From Eledone cirrhosa (taxonomy: Eukaryota): a stretch of DNA of 64,000 bases. Location: NCBI GenBank assembly GCA_964016885.1, contig OZ024740.1, positions 80,972,001 to 81,036,000 on the forward strand. Reading direction: 5' to 3'. Made by a program: the position numbers and the translations under genes. Of this stretch, positions 1 through 12,000 are shown piece by piece; position 1 is the first letter of the stretch, and each line of letters opens with the position of its first letter. The notes below the pieces were generated by a model. That model saw nothing but the letters and a program-made list of their open reading frames with translations. It was not told where the DNA came from and ran no database searches.

Positions 1-1310
1 TGAGGGCTTTATTATAAGGGGCAGCTTTATTAAACATGTCTAGAGAAGAAGATAAAGTAGAAATCCTACGACTAATATCGTTGGGTTTATGAGAAGGTTT
101 AAAATAGGCAGTAAGTAGATCAAGATTAATGTCAAGAAAGTTAGAATTGGTAAGGTTCGTATCTATAGTAATTTTAAGGTTAAGATTAGCAAAAGTATTG
201 ATTAAATCTTTACGGAATTTATCAAGGTTATGGACGTTGGTGGTATGAGAAACTGCCAATCCGTCGTCACGGTATAAACCGATATTATGGGAAGGAAATT
301 TCTCTTTAAGGGTGTGGAGAAGGAATAATCCTACTAAGTCACACACGTCCGCACTGTCATATGAACCCATTGCAACATCGAAAGAGTTTTCAGGGCTTGA
401 CTTTTTAACCCAAATACTTTCATTAGTAAAGAGTAGAGTTTTCCTAGTATGAAAAATAATGTCTTCTTCTAATTTAGAAATATTAATGAAAGGTCTTGCA
501 AAATCTAAGGCTTTATTTAATAAGGAAACAGTAATAGAGGGGTCAAAATCAACAATATCGAATTGGGTAAATCTACACTTATTTTTACCTTGTACATCAT
601 TAAACCAAGAAATAACAGAGGATGTATTTAACCATTGTGATAAGTCAGTCTGAGTTCTAATTTGGAAAATTATTTTTCTTAAGATTGTTTTACTTGCAAG
701 GCTAACTTCGGATTTAGCCGGGTTAATTAGTCTACAACTAGGTCGATTAGTAAAGTCTAATTTATGGTCTTTAAGGGTAATATAAGCTTTACGTTTAGCT
801 AGGTTTTCAATCCGGTTATCTATTTTTAAAAAAATAGCTAGTTCTTTAGCTTCATTATTAATAGTATTGTAGATGTTATTGTTAGTTAATTGATATTTGT
901 AGGTGATACTATTGGTTAAAAGTTGGTTATACAAAATATTATTATCTTCAAAGAGATTTTTAGTTTTATCGGAAAGAACAAAGGTGTTTGTAGAATTATT
1001 AAAATAAGAGATACCGTTAGAAAGTTTAGTTTGAAAGATATTGTTGTACTTACGAAATTTGATATCACTAATTAAATTAACAAGGTCTAATTCGAAGTTG
1101 ACCATGTCTTTAATTCTAGGTGGGTATTTACGGGATTTTATGTCAAAACAATCATTTGTATCAGCACTAAATAGTCCATCGTAAACCATTGCCTTCCATT
1201 TCATTCTTTTAACGACTTGTTCGATTTTATCTATGTTGGATTTTATCTATCTTGTGTTGGAAGGAATAGGTATATTTTTGAATAATCCAAATCATAATGG
1301 TCCATGGTGT
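1..1310 (-). mobile_element. Penelope-like element RT ORF (5' part, runs off window start), probably Hydra-type clade
   Basis: Reverse strand reads ENSFDVAMGSYDSADVCDLVGLFLLHT and GLYRDDGL (~260-390) and an N-terminal KNIPIPS (~1260-1285). The same motifs occur in the PLEs at 27-29 kb and 30.7-32.8 kb. Confidence 0.85.
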
Positions 1311-1423
1311 ATGTTGGTTAAATACCTGAAAACTGTAGAGTGCTCAACTTATCGGGCTGGAAGGTGCCAATCATATATGTAATATAGAATATGCTTCAAT
1401 GAATCCCGGTTGGAGCTGTATAA

Positions 1424-1639
1424 ATGAAGTAATTCCGTCGGAAAAGTCCAGGAAAAAACAGTGCTCTATTTAAGTTACAGAGCTTATTAGGTATGTAATA
1501 AACAACATAAGATAATTATTTCATTTACCAGTGGTTTCTTGAAAGCAACCAAAATTGCTTTCATTCATCAGAATGAAAAATTCCTGGAGGAAAAAAGGGG
1601 AGGGTGAGAATAATAAATAAGAATATATAACAACACACA

Positions 1640-1686
<47 letters not shown>

Positions 1687-1855
1687 TCACATATACACAC
1701 ATATATATACATATATACACGCTTATATACACGCTTATATACACGCTTATATACACATATATATACACAGAGAAACATATACACACACATATAATATATA
1801 TATACATATATATATATAGCCATACATAAACACACCAACACACACACACACACAA

Positions 1856-1900
<45 letters not shown>

Positions 1901-1918
1901 TATATATATATATATATG

Positions 1919-1964
<46 letters not shown>

Positions 1965-2160
1965 CATATACATACACATACACATACATACATACATACA
2001 AACACACACAAATACATACACACATATATACACACATGCATACGTACACACATATAAAAGGATACCTATGCACACACACAACTAAGGATAAATAATCATA
2101 GTAGGCCGTCATATACAAATAAGCAAATAAAAAATAAGGATTAAGAAAATAAGGATTAAT
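1424..2160 (-). repeat. Pseudo-LTR-like region of the PLE (microsatellite-rich, contains HHR)
   Basis: Reverse complement matches 24130-24780; a diverged partial copy is at ~36350-36560. Lies directly upstream of the PLE ORF. Confidence 0.7.
1518..1579 (-). ncRNA. Type I hammerhead ribozyme (family A)
   Basis: tttcatt-CTGATGA-a tgaaagcaa ttttgg ttgctttca a-GAAA-cca c tgg-TA-aatgaaa: full core, 7-bp stem I, 9-bp stem II, minimal stem III. Confidence 0.9.
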
Positions 2161-2432
2161 AAAAAAAAAAAATAAATAAATAAATAAATAAAAAAATAAA
2201 AAATTAAAAAAATAAAAAGTAAAAAAATATTAAAAATTATTATTAAGTTGACAGCGATACAAGACGGCAAAATTTAAAATAAAAATAAAAATAAAAATAA
2301 TAAAAATAATAATAATAATAATAAATGAACAAACGCACGTGGTAAGCAAAAGCACAAAAAAAACGAAATATATATATATAAATATATATTTATAGGAATA
2401 ACCAAAGAGTGCTTATAAATACATAGTTTTAT

Positions 2433-2481
2433 TAGCTAACAGTGTTTCATCCATACACCATGGCAGGAATCTTCAGACCTT
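2433..2481 (-). ncRNA. Degenerate hammerhead motif (family B)
   Basis: aggt-CTGAAGA-ttcctgccatggtgtatggat-GAAA-cactg-TT-agct; core intact, stem I has a mismatch. Confidence 0.55.
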
Positions 2482-3828
2482 ATAAACATGAGTATATCAG
2501 TAGTTGCATGCTCCATCGAGCTGCGTCACCAGAACAAGGTTAAAAGACCAGCAGGGGAGTACCGAGGCTAGCGTTATATGGAAAAAGTCATAATACATGA
2601 TGCACATAATGTCATAAAATTTCTTAAAAATTTAAAAATTAAAAATTAAAAGTTACACCAAAAATCTTTCACTTATATGGTGCAATAGATGATGAAGTGG
2701 TTGGGAGAGGATAGCAAGGGATGAGTGAGGGTATTACTCAGCATGATCAGAAACAATCAGAAAATACAAGAAAAAAAAAATAATAAAACAGTACAAAAAT
2801 ACAGGGATAAGAGAAGAGATAAATACAAAAATACAAAACAATTAATGAACAAAAAGTCAGGAAACCCCCCCCCCCAAAAAAAAAAAAACATAGGACAAAG
2901 CAAAGCGTGGATGCATCTAAGCACAAGCAGTGCAGAAGTGGGTGTACAGGCAGATCAAGAGAGTTTGCAAGCATGAGTCTGTGAAAAGAAATGTTGGTTA
3001 GCAGTAATGCAGCCTTACATGTATGATAGTCCATAAGAGTGATGTTGTACTCCAAGTATATCGCCTTGTAATAGGTCGATTCTCCTTATCATATCCGCAC
3101 CCAGGAACCACATCGATATGTTCCAGTTCCGAACTCCAAGTGAGATAACACTCTTTTTTCAAAACCTATAGCCAGGAGATTTATCACCCTATGCGTTCTG
3201 GGATATACACTTAAAATCAACAACAAAAAATAAAATAAGAGAAAGAAGGTACGACGAGTTAAGGAAAAGTATGGCACATATACAGCCGGCACAGATGTGA
3301 GGAAATGGGAAACATTCAGTCACTTAATCCAACGTGCCAGGTGAAATTCACTGTATGTCCAAATTGGCGTTCAGCCGATGTATCGCACCGCATAGAACTG
3401 TATTACAGCAATATAAATCGTGATGGCAATCCAGTGACACACAGATAAAAGTGCACACAGGAAACGCAGCTTCCAGAATCACATATGGCAGAAAGAGCAT
3501 ATATTGTTATAATAATAGGCGGGTTTATTATAGTGAGTGCAAGTTTCTGTAGGATATATAGATCTATATAGAAGGGACAACTCACAACTAAATTCATTTA
3601 TAATAGCCATGTTATTTATATTTCCGCCACGTGGTTTTCATTTAGATTATTAATCCCGAAGTGTGCAATCCATTCACTGTCGGGTGTTACTCCTCCTGAG
3701 TCGGCGGGAGTTCAATATCCAGTGCTGCACGTTGCCCTGAGTGCGGTTCAATAATTCATCAAAGTTGGAATATAAACAAAGGAAGTCGCAGTGTACGTAT
3801 GAAAGGTATGGGAGGCAATTCGGGTCCT

Positions 3829-4084
3829 AAAGGGCGGACACATTTTATATCCAACGGGGTGCTAGGGCAGGTTTTTTGTTTGATTCGAAGCCCTCGGTTA
3901 TCAACCTCCCCTTCCCCCTAAGGCTAGGTTGATTTGGCGGCGCCCTTCCCACACGCCAAGCGTAAAAAAGGGCGGAATCATTTGATATCCAACGGGGTGC
4001 CAGGGGCGAGTCTATTGTTTGATTCGAAGCCCTCGGTGATCAACCTCACCTCCCCTCTAGGGTTAGGTCGATTTGGCGGCGCCC
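3829..4084. repeat. Two diverged ~115-bp GC-rich direct repeats (period ~138 bp)
   Basis: aagggcgga...tatccaacggggtgc...gtttgattcgaagccctcggt...gatttggcggcgccc at ~3829-3945 and ~3968-4084. Confidence 0.8.
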
Positions 4085-4474
4085 AGCTTACACGACTTCC
4101 TACCATAGTTCACTATACTAGGTTATATCTATTAATTACTTACTCTTATATATATACACACACATATATATATATATAAATATATAGATATATGTGTACA
4201 TACACACACACACATATATATACATATACACACACACACATATATACACACACACAAACGCATACATATAAATATACAAGCACACCACATACATAAAAAC
4301 ACAGCACAGACACAACAGAGTATATACATACAAATACATATACACGCACACATAAATGCATACAACCACATACACACATATAGTATAACAATTTCTTAAA
4401 GATAAAAACATAAATATAAAAACTATAAAGTTACATACACACATACGTATAAGTAAGTACACACGCACGCACAT

Positions 4475-4507
<33 letters not shown>

Positions 4508-4560
4508 CATACATATATATATATGTAAATGCGTATACATATATATACACACACATATGT

Positions 4561-4593
<33 letters not shown>

Positions 4594-4748
4594 AATATAT
4601 ACACGCACACATATACATATATATACATATGATTGCTGCCCCTTCGTTATCGAGTATGGCCATTGCACGAAAAAAAACAAAAAAAACATATATATATATA
4701 TATGATAAAGAACACAAGAGCGTCTACAACATCAAAAAATGTTTATTG

Positions 4749-4794
4749 GCTTACAATGTTTCTTCCTTACGTAACCGTACGATTCTTCAGAGCT
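4749..4794 (-). ncRNA. Type I hammerhead ribozyme (family B)
   Basis: gct-CTGAAGA-atcg tacg gtta cgta aggaa-GAAA-ca t tg-TA-agc. Confidence 0.75.
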
Positions 4795-5124
4795 ATAAAA
4801 GGGGATTGATTGGTGTTATGGACTCTACCAACCAAACATTCAAGAACAAAGAGTAAAGAGAGTAAAGAGAAAAAGCAGGGGACAATAAGTCTAATTTTGG
4901 TGCGGGAGGGTTGGGTGTGGGTCCTTGTTTACTAGCTGTGGTCATATTCATTCCAGGGAGTCGAGTGGTTAGGGGAGCCATAGATGGGGTGGCGTCGATA
5001 GTAGGGTGCAGAGGGTGTGCAGAGGCTACACACACACAAAGAGCATACAATATATATATAACGGAGGAGAAAGTACATGAGGTAATTAGAAATGGATTAA
5101 GAGTAATAATAATAATCTATAATT

Positions 5125-5312
5125 AATTGTTTCTACTTTAGGCACAAGGCCAGCAATTAACCAGTGCATTACTGGTACTTTATTTTATCGACCCCGTAAG
5201 GATGAAAGGCAAAGTCAACCTCGGCGGGATTTGAACTCAGATCGTAAAGGGACGTAAGTATGCTGGAAAGCATAGCGTCCGACCCTCTACCGATACTGCC
5301 AATCCACCGCCT
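5125..5312 (-). mobile_element. tRNA-derived SINE
   Basis: Reverse strand has A box TGGCAGTATCGG, B box GAGTTCAAATCC and body gcctttcatccttacggggtcgataaaataaagtaccag. At least five copies in the window. Confidence 0.9.
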
Positions 5313-7166
5313 TAATAATCTATAATTAATAATGTATAATAAGGCCTGGGGAAGATTACACTATAATAAGGTATAAAGGTAAGGTAAAATATAAAGGAGG
5401 ATAAAAGTGAAAATAAGAATAAAGATAAAAAAAATATATATAAAAAATATATATAGAGAATATATAAAAAATATAAGCAAGTATTATAAAGGGAAAAACA
5501 CAATGTAAAAAAAACGATTTTGTCAAATAAAAATAATATAAATATGGGGGGGAGAAAACGGGATGGAGAAATATAATCAAATGTGATTAGTTGAGAGAAT
5601 ATAAGATGACAATAGTTATGTCAAGTTTATACTTCTTAATAATAAATAATATGTATATCAGAGTTACACATCCTTCAATTCACTTGCAAGTTCAACCCAC
5701 GTCGCATAGTCCATTGCTCATCTGTGCGGTCGTGTGCGTTTGTGTTTGACACCACAGCAGATGCACAAGTTCGTAAATTTCAATGCAGATAGAAATCTAT
5801 TTTTGCTCACCCAGACATATTCCTAGTTCATTGCCGACCCAATATGTGTGTGGTATTATTTTGGTCGCACAAATCAATCACTTTGTTCAATATTATGGAG
5901 TATGGTTTTCTGGTCTTCGTTACACTATCACTGGTTGTATATCTCGAAATCACAAGGATCACAGTACTCCGGTTTGGTGTGATTATCGGTCATCCAACTA
6001 TGTTGTCGGTGGTTGGATTCAATTCTATTGCCCAGAACGTAGAACTTTGGTGTTCATTGAACATTAACGAGGCAGAGTGACATCGCATCTGTGGTACAAA
6101 ACGGTACGCAAGGAAATTCTTCGTCTTTGTTTCATCCGGGTCTAGCAGTCACGTGCAAGAACCGCTACGTAGTAATTGTGAGGGTAAGCGGTCAAGATAG
6201 TAACTGACCGAAAATTTTCTTGGGAATTCAGACAGGCATGACAGGTACATTTAGGTCAGCAGTTTCTTCATGTGTACGTGTGTCCGATACACACAGACAC
6301 ATATTTATATGTATTTCAACTCAAAAAATTCAATTGATTCGCTTATTGATATTATATCTCTCTTGCTCCGATGTGCATGTTGTGATGTTCTGGTCGTGTT
6401 TACTATTCACTGTGTTTTGCCATTACCTTGGAATGTGATTTGGTCATCAATATACCGGCAAGCGCATTCCTCTCTTATATTGTGGAGAATGGTGTTCTGG
6501 TCCTCAGTAAACATTTGGGTCAGCAGGAGGGGTGGTAGTTCTCAGTTTCAACTGCGACAATACATATGTGTTACTCTACATATCGTGCTCCTCTCAAAGA
6601 AGAGTATTATAGGAGGAATTCATGCCAAACACCACATATAGAGAAGACTTCTACAGAAAAAAATTCTCTCTCCGAGAGTTCCTTCCATGTGACCTTTCGG
6701 CGACACATAGCGAAGTACACAATACGTAATATATAATATATAACATATAGTGTGTTATTACCTGAGTGGATATTCACTTGTATCATACATGAGAGGCAAA
6801 AGGGAGTGGGGAGGAAGAGTGGGGAGGTTGGGGTGAACTAGCATAAGAATGCACACCCGCAGACGTGTGTGTGTATATATATGTATATGTATATTATTAT
6901 TATTGTTGTTGTTGTCGTTATTATTATTGTTGTTATTATTATTATTATTATTATTGACGAAAGTGGATGTACGTTTTTTGAAGCTCCGTGAGTAAGCAAT
7001 TTTTTGAGGATTAATTGTGGAGAATTGTTTATTTTTTTGTACCGCTGAAGCATTATAAGACATTCATTTGTATCCTGTGAAGGAATAACTCATAATATTT
7101 GGGCCTTTTGGCCCAAATATTTGAACTTTATTTTGGAAAAATAATAATTTTTTTTCTCAAAAAAAC

Positions 7167-8624
7167 ATGGCGGAGCCACGCCCCCTAGAGGCGGGTCTGC
7201 TGTCGTGCAACGGCGACTTGAGCGTTGAGAGGAGAGGTGGGGCGAGGAGCGCCACCAGCACGAGTGTGAGCAGCGACAGTGCCAACGGGCCGAGCGGCGC
7301 GGAAGGTGGTAACAGCGACAACAACAACACCAACAAGCCGAACAGCGCAGAAGGTGGTAATAGCGAGAGCACCAACAAAACGAACAGCACAGAGAGTAAT
7401 AGTAGCGACAGCAGCAGCACCAACAAGGCCAACAGCACAGAGGGTAACCACGACACAGGGGAGAACAACAACAGCAATAGCAGCAGCAACACCAACAAGA
7501 ACAACAACAGTGACAACACCAGCAAGAACACCTTCGCTGCTGTGGCAGCGGCTAAAAGGAGACCATGCTACAGCATCGACTTAACCAACAGAGAGGAAAA
7601 GTTGGCCCAGGCCTGGAAAATCATAAATCAAGAGCAGACCTGGGCAAACTTAACTGTCCCGGCAGAAGCCATTGAGGCAGTGGAAAAAAGAACGGTGCAT
7701 TTCAGATGCATCTCAGTAGAGACAAAGAGGGCAGCGATAATCGCCCAAGCTGATATAGAAGCCGCACTGAAATACATCAGAGAGGACACAGACTTCATAG
7801 AGAGGGGCAGGCAATACGGCACCGCTTCGGTGCTGTTCAAGTCTGAAGCCCTCGCTGTGAAGCATTCAATGACCCCTTGCAAAATCAGCAAGGTCATAAT
7901 GTACCCCACCCACATGGGAAAACGAATAGCACGTGTGCGCATTCCCAGGATTCCACCAGGACTTGATATGTGGTGGCTCCCGGGTTGCGTAATCGTGGAA
8001 GGAACGGATACAGTCCCTGTAGAGGCAACGAGAACTGCCAGGGACGACTGGTCCGGGGATGATCTGGAGATACTGCTCCAAATCAGACCCGAAAACGTAA
8101 AAGCAATCCCGGACCACATCCGCCTCCAAAACGGGAGAGTGTTGCATATAATGACTGAGGGCAAAAGGCCGCATTGTTTCCTTTGTGGGAAAACGACACA
8201 CTTGCGAGCCTTCTGCCCTCAACTGCCGAAAAGCGCAAGGGGTCGAAAGATTCCACTGCTGGCGACGCCGGGACAAGGACCACCAGCAACACCGTCAACA
8301 ATGGAACCACCAAAATTGCACACCCAGGGGGGAAACGAGGAAAGCTCTCCCATTCCCCCTCCCCCCCAAAATACACACACGAACAAGAACATAAACACTC
8401 ACTCAGACACGAACACGCTCTCAGCCACAGACCCCTCATCCTCCAGCAGTGAAGATGAGGGAAAACCAAAGTCCCCCAAATACAAAAAACAAAACACAAA
8501 AAAAAAAGAAATCCACAAAGCACAAACACCCCCACAAAAAAAATACACACACCACCCACACAAACATTTTCCCCACAGCATCACCAACACAACCACCAAA
8601 ATCCCCCAAACGCAAACAAGCTAA
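7167..8624 (+). CDS. Tx1-like ORF1p (N/S-rich N-terminus, CX2CX4HX4C zinc knuckle); C-terminus continues in +1 frame
   Basis: 485 aa; CFLCGKTTHLRAFC; upstream of ORF2. Confidence 0.85.
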   Translation: MAEPRPLEAGLLSCNGDLSVERRGGARSATSTSVSSDSANGPSGAEGGNSDNNNTNKPNSAEGGNSESTNKTNSTESNSSDSSSTNKANSTEGNHDTGENNNSNSSSNTNKNNNSDNTSKNTFAAVAAAKRRPCYSIDLTNREEKLAQAWKIINQEQTWANLTVPAEAIEAVEKRTVHFRCISVETKRAAIIAQADIEAALKYIREDTDFIERGRQYGTASVLFKSEALAVKHSMTPCKISKVIMYPTHMGKRIARVRIPRIPPGLDMWWLPGCVIVEGTDTVPVEATRTARDDWSGDDLEILLQIRPENVKAIPDHIRLQNGRVLHIMTEGKRPHCFLCGKTTHLRAFCPQLPKSARGRKIPLLATPGQGPPATPSTMEPPKLHTQGGNEESSPIPPPPQNTHTNKNINTHSDTNTLSATDPSSSSSEDEGKPKSPKYKKQNTKKKEIHKAQTPPQKKYTHHPHKHFPHSITNTTTKIPQTQTS

Positions 8625-9069
8625 ACAGACACAAGAACAAATAGACACACAAACATCAGAAACTACAGACACCCCACCCACAACAAACGCAGACACAATA
8701 GAAACAACACTAACAAAGCTATCACCACCACAATCACACGAACAAATAAAACCCGAGCAACAAAACATTAAAAACTTCGTGCTTGCCAGAAGGGCCAACA
8801 AGGAATTGATGGCCCATGTAGCACGAAGCACAAACATCGAAAAAGACGGGGAAACATTTGAAGCGAGCACATTTCGCGTACCAGATAATTTGCTTCTGAT
8901 GCGAATGTTGCTCGCTTCATACAAAGAAATTCGAAAGAGCTTTCCTCGGGATGTGGGAACCCCGAACGTAAAACCCACGTCAAGACTATTAAAGGGGTTC
9001 CCAAAAGAAACCCCACAAACCATGGAGGTCGAACCACCCGACCTTCACAAGACCCCGGAAGGTAAGTAA
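8449..9069 (+). CDS. Frameshifted C-terminal segment of ORF1p
   Basis: Overlaps ORF1 across A/C homopolymer runs and ends 30 nt before the ORF2 ATG. RANKELMAHV...SYKEIRK resembles MAQKELIQYI...QYKPLK in the related element (46147-46635). Confidence 0.6.
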   Translation: MKMRENQSPPNTKNKTQKKKKSTKHKHPHKKNTHTTHTNIFPTASPTQPPKSPKRKQAKQTQEQIDTQTSETTDTPPTTNADTIETTLTKLSPPQSHEQIKPEQQNIKNFVLARRANKELMAHVARSTNIEKDGETFEASTFRVPDNLLLMRMLLASYKEIRKSFPRDVGTPNVKPTSRLLKGFPKETPQTMEVEPPDLHKTPEGK

Positions 9070-9098
9070 ACCTTTCCTCTCCCATTCATCCTGCCAGC

Positions 9099-12000
9099 AT
9101 GGCCATAAGAGTAGGAAGTTTAAATGTTCGTGGCCTGGGGTCGCCCTGGAAGCAAGGTCACTTGCTCAACGACCTCAGGTCACTAGGAATGGATGTAATT
9201 GCCATCAGCGAGACCAGAATTTCCGACACACGCGCACTGGCGCCGATTTTCGACGATTATCAGATCTTTGCATCTGTTAGTCGGCCGGGAATGGGAGGTG
9301 GAGTGGCTGTGCTGTTTAGGAAATGTCTGGATCTCGAGGTAAGGTCAATCTTCCGGGATCCTGACGGAAAGTTGGTGGTCCTGGACGTGAGCAATAGCGA
9401 AGGTGGTGCCTTTAGACTGGTGGCCGTCTACGCCCCTACTGGGGCCGGTCGGCCGGACTTCTTTAGGCGCCTGGAAAACTTTCTGCTTACGTCTCGACCT
9501 TTACTGTTAATAGGGGATTGGAATGGCATCTTAGAAGCACGCTGGGATTGTGTGGGAGTATCTGATAGGAGCGGGGGGTGCAAAAGCCTCAAGTACCTGA
9601 TCAGCCAGTTTCAACTGTCTGACAGGTACCGACTAGATTTCCCTAATGCGCCAGTATGGACCTGGACCAATCGCATAGGGTCATCTAGATCGTACATAGA
9701 TAGGATTTTCATTAGGAAAAGAGATAGAAATAGTGTAGGATGTCCACATTTTAAAACGGTTGCCTATTCAGATCACAAGCTTGTGATCTGTATGGTCGAC
9801 CTAGATAAGACACGTAGGTTAGGACCTAGCTACTGGAAGCTAAACATGTCGTTTCCGGCACGTAAAGCTTACAGGGACCGGGTCAACAACTTAGTTAAGC
9901 AAAAGTTGACAGGGGGGGTTGTCAACAACAGGTGGTGGGGGGCACTCAAAAGAGAGATTAGAGCAACCTCGATAGGATTTAGCAAAGAAGTAGCAATAGA
10001 GAAAAATAGAAAGGAGGAGGGGCTGATAGCTAAGTTAGACGAGGCTATTTGTAGTGGCATTGCAACAGACGTGCTAGCGGCGAGAATGGCACTAGACCAT
10101 TTCTTCAATGCGAAACACGAAGGTTGCATTGTCAGAGCTAAGGCGCGTGCTCTGAGGAACGAGGGAACCAAAGCTGCCCGATGGGCTCGCTTTGCAGAGA
10201 CGCAGCGTGGAAATAAAACCACAATTCGGTCTTTGACGGATCGAGATGGACACGAACTGAGCGATTCCAAGCAGATGTGTGAGGCCTTTCGCCAGCACTT
10301 TGCTCGATTGTTCGGGAGGATGGGTGAGTCGGAGACGGCGGCGGACTTCAGTCCCTACCTCGACGGCTTGCCACGCCTCTCGACGGCCGACGCTGAGCGC
10401 TGCGAAGAGCCGATAACATCAGCCGAAATTCAGGACGCCCTTGTCGGCTGCTCGAGTCGCAAGTCACCCGGTTTGGATGGTCTGCCCTACGAGCTTTACG
10501 TAAATATGCCAGACTTGTTCTCCGATCTCCTCGAAGCGCTCTACTGCAACTGGCAGCAGAACGGGAGCATTCCCAGTTCTGTGAGCCGTGGCGTAGTGAC
10601 GCTGATAAGGAAAGACGAGAACAAGAGGGACACACTAGATAATTTCAGGCCCATAACCCTGCTCAACACAGAGTTTAAGATTTTGGCCAAGGTGTTAGCG
10701 AAAAGGTTGGCGCTTGTCGTCAAAGATTTGGTTGGGGAGGCGCAAACTTGCGCAATCCCGACCAGGTCCATACACGACAACCTCCACCTCATGCGATACA
10801 TCATAGAGAGGGTTGGGTGCAAACCTGGCTTCGGTGGGGCTCTGATCAATTTAGATCAATCGAAAGCATTCGATAGGGTCGACCATCGGTACTTGGAGGC
10901 TGTCCTCGAGGCGGCTGGCTTCGGCCCCGTCTTCAGAAGCTGGATCGCTGCAATGTACAGCGGCATCCGCTCGGTGGTCAAAGTTAATGGCCACCTCTCG
11001 GAACCGTTTCAGATCTCTCGATCGGTCCGTCAAGGGTGCCCTCTCTCCTCACTTCTGTACGTATTGACTCTTGAGCCTCTACTGCGGAAGCTGGAGTTGT
11101 TGCAGGGCATCCCGCTCGAACCGGGACGTAGAAAGGCTGCGTCCGCTTATGCGGACGACATCACCGTGATGGTGTCGGACACCTCGGAAATCGAGGTGAT
11201 CCGCACCCATTTGGAGGAATATGAAAGGTTGACGGGAGCAAAACTTAACCCGGAAAAGTCGGTGGGCTTGCAGCTCGGCACCTGGAGAGGCAAGTCCATG
11301 CCGTCCAACAGCGTCGTTGGGCGCTGGACAGACGGACCGGTAAAGTTGCTCGGGGTTTGGTTCGGACCAGACCTCCAGGTGGATAAGAATTGGGACGAGG
11401 TGACGAGCAGGATAGCCAACCTCACCCAGAAATGGGCTGAGAGAAAGCTATCACTGAAAGGGCGGGCGGAGGTGGCGAACGCGTACATCGCGTCCGTCAT
11501 CTACTACCGCCTGACCGTCGTGCCTTGCCCCCGTCCACGCCTCGCCAATTTGGAACGGCTCCTTTTCAAATTTTTGTGGAGGGGACGGGTCCCGTTGGTG
11601 AGGCGGTCCATCTGCTGCCAGCACCCTCTTCGTGGAGGGCTGGGCATGCCGTGGCTAATGATGCGCAGACATGCGCTGAGGCTGCGACATCTCCAGATAT
11701 TTTGCCTAAACGGTGAACAGGTGTGGTCGCCGTTTGTTAGACGGGCCTTTCCGCAGCTCATCTCTTTGACTGAGCTGCAGTCCTGGGTCAAGAAGAGACC
11801 GAGACTGGGCGACTGGCATCTGGAATGTTGCCAGGCGCTCACTGCACTCTGCAAGGTGGGCAATGCGGTCAGTGGAACTTCCACTCAAGATTTCTATAGA
11901 GGATTAGTGGAGGGCAAGTGCGATGACGTACTAGGAGAGGCTCTGGGCGTCAACGAAGTAGAACTGACCAGTATGTTCCGGAGGACTTTCGAGCCGGGGA

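Noticed and set aside
5125-5312. tRNA gene
   Set aside because: A/B boxes are followed by a SINE body and no cloverleaf; multi-copy SINE.
5640-6720. Higher-complexity stretch that may be a decayed transposon ORF
   Set aside because: The minus-strand frames I translated are interrupted, the track shows only short ORFs, and I recognised no diagnostic motif; needs tBLASTx against repeat libraries.
9062-9097. Intron-like GTAAGT...polypyrimidine...CAG between ORF1 and ORF2
   Set aside because: Only 36 nt; splicing would not put the 8449 frame in frame with ORF2; the acceptor is absent in the second subfamily.
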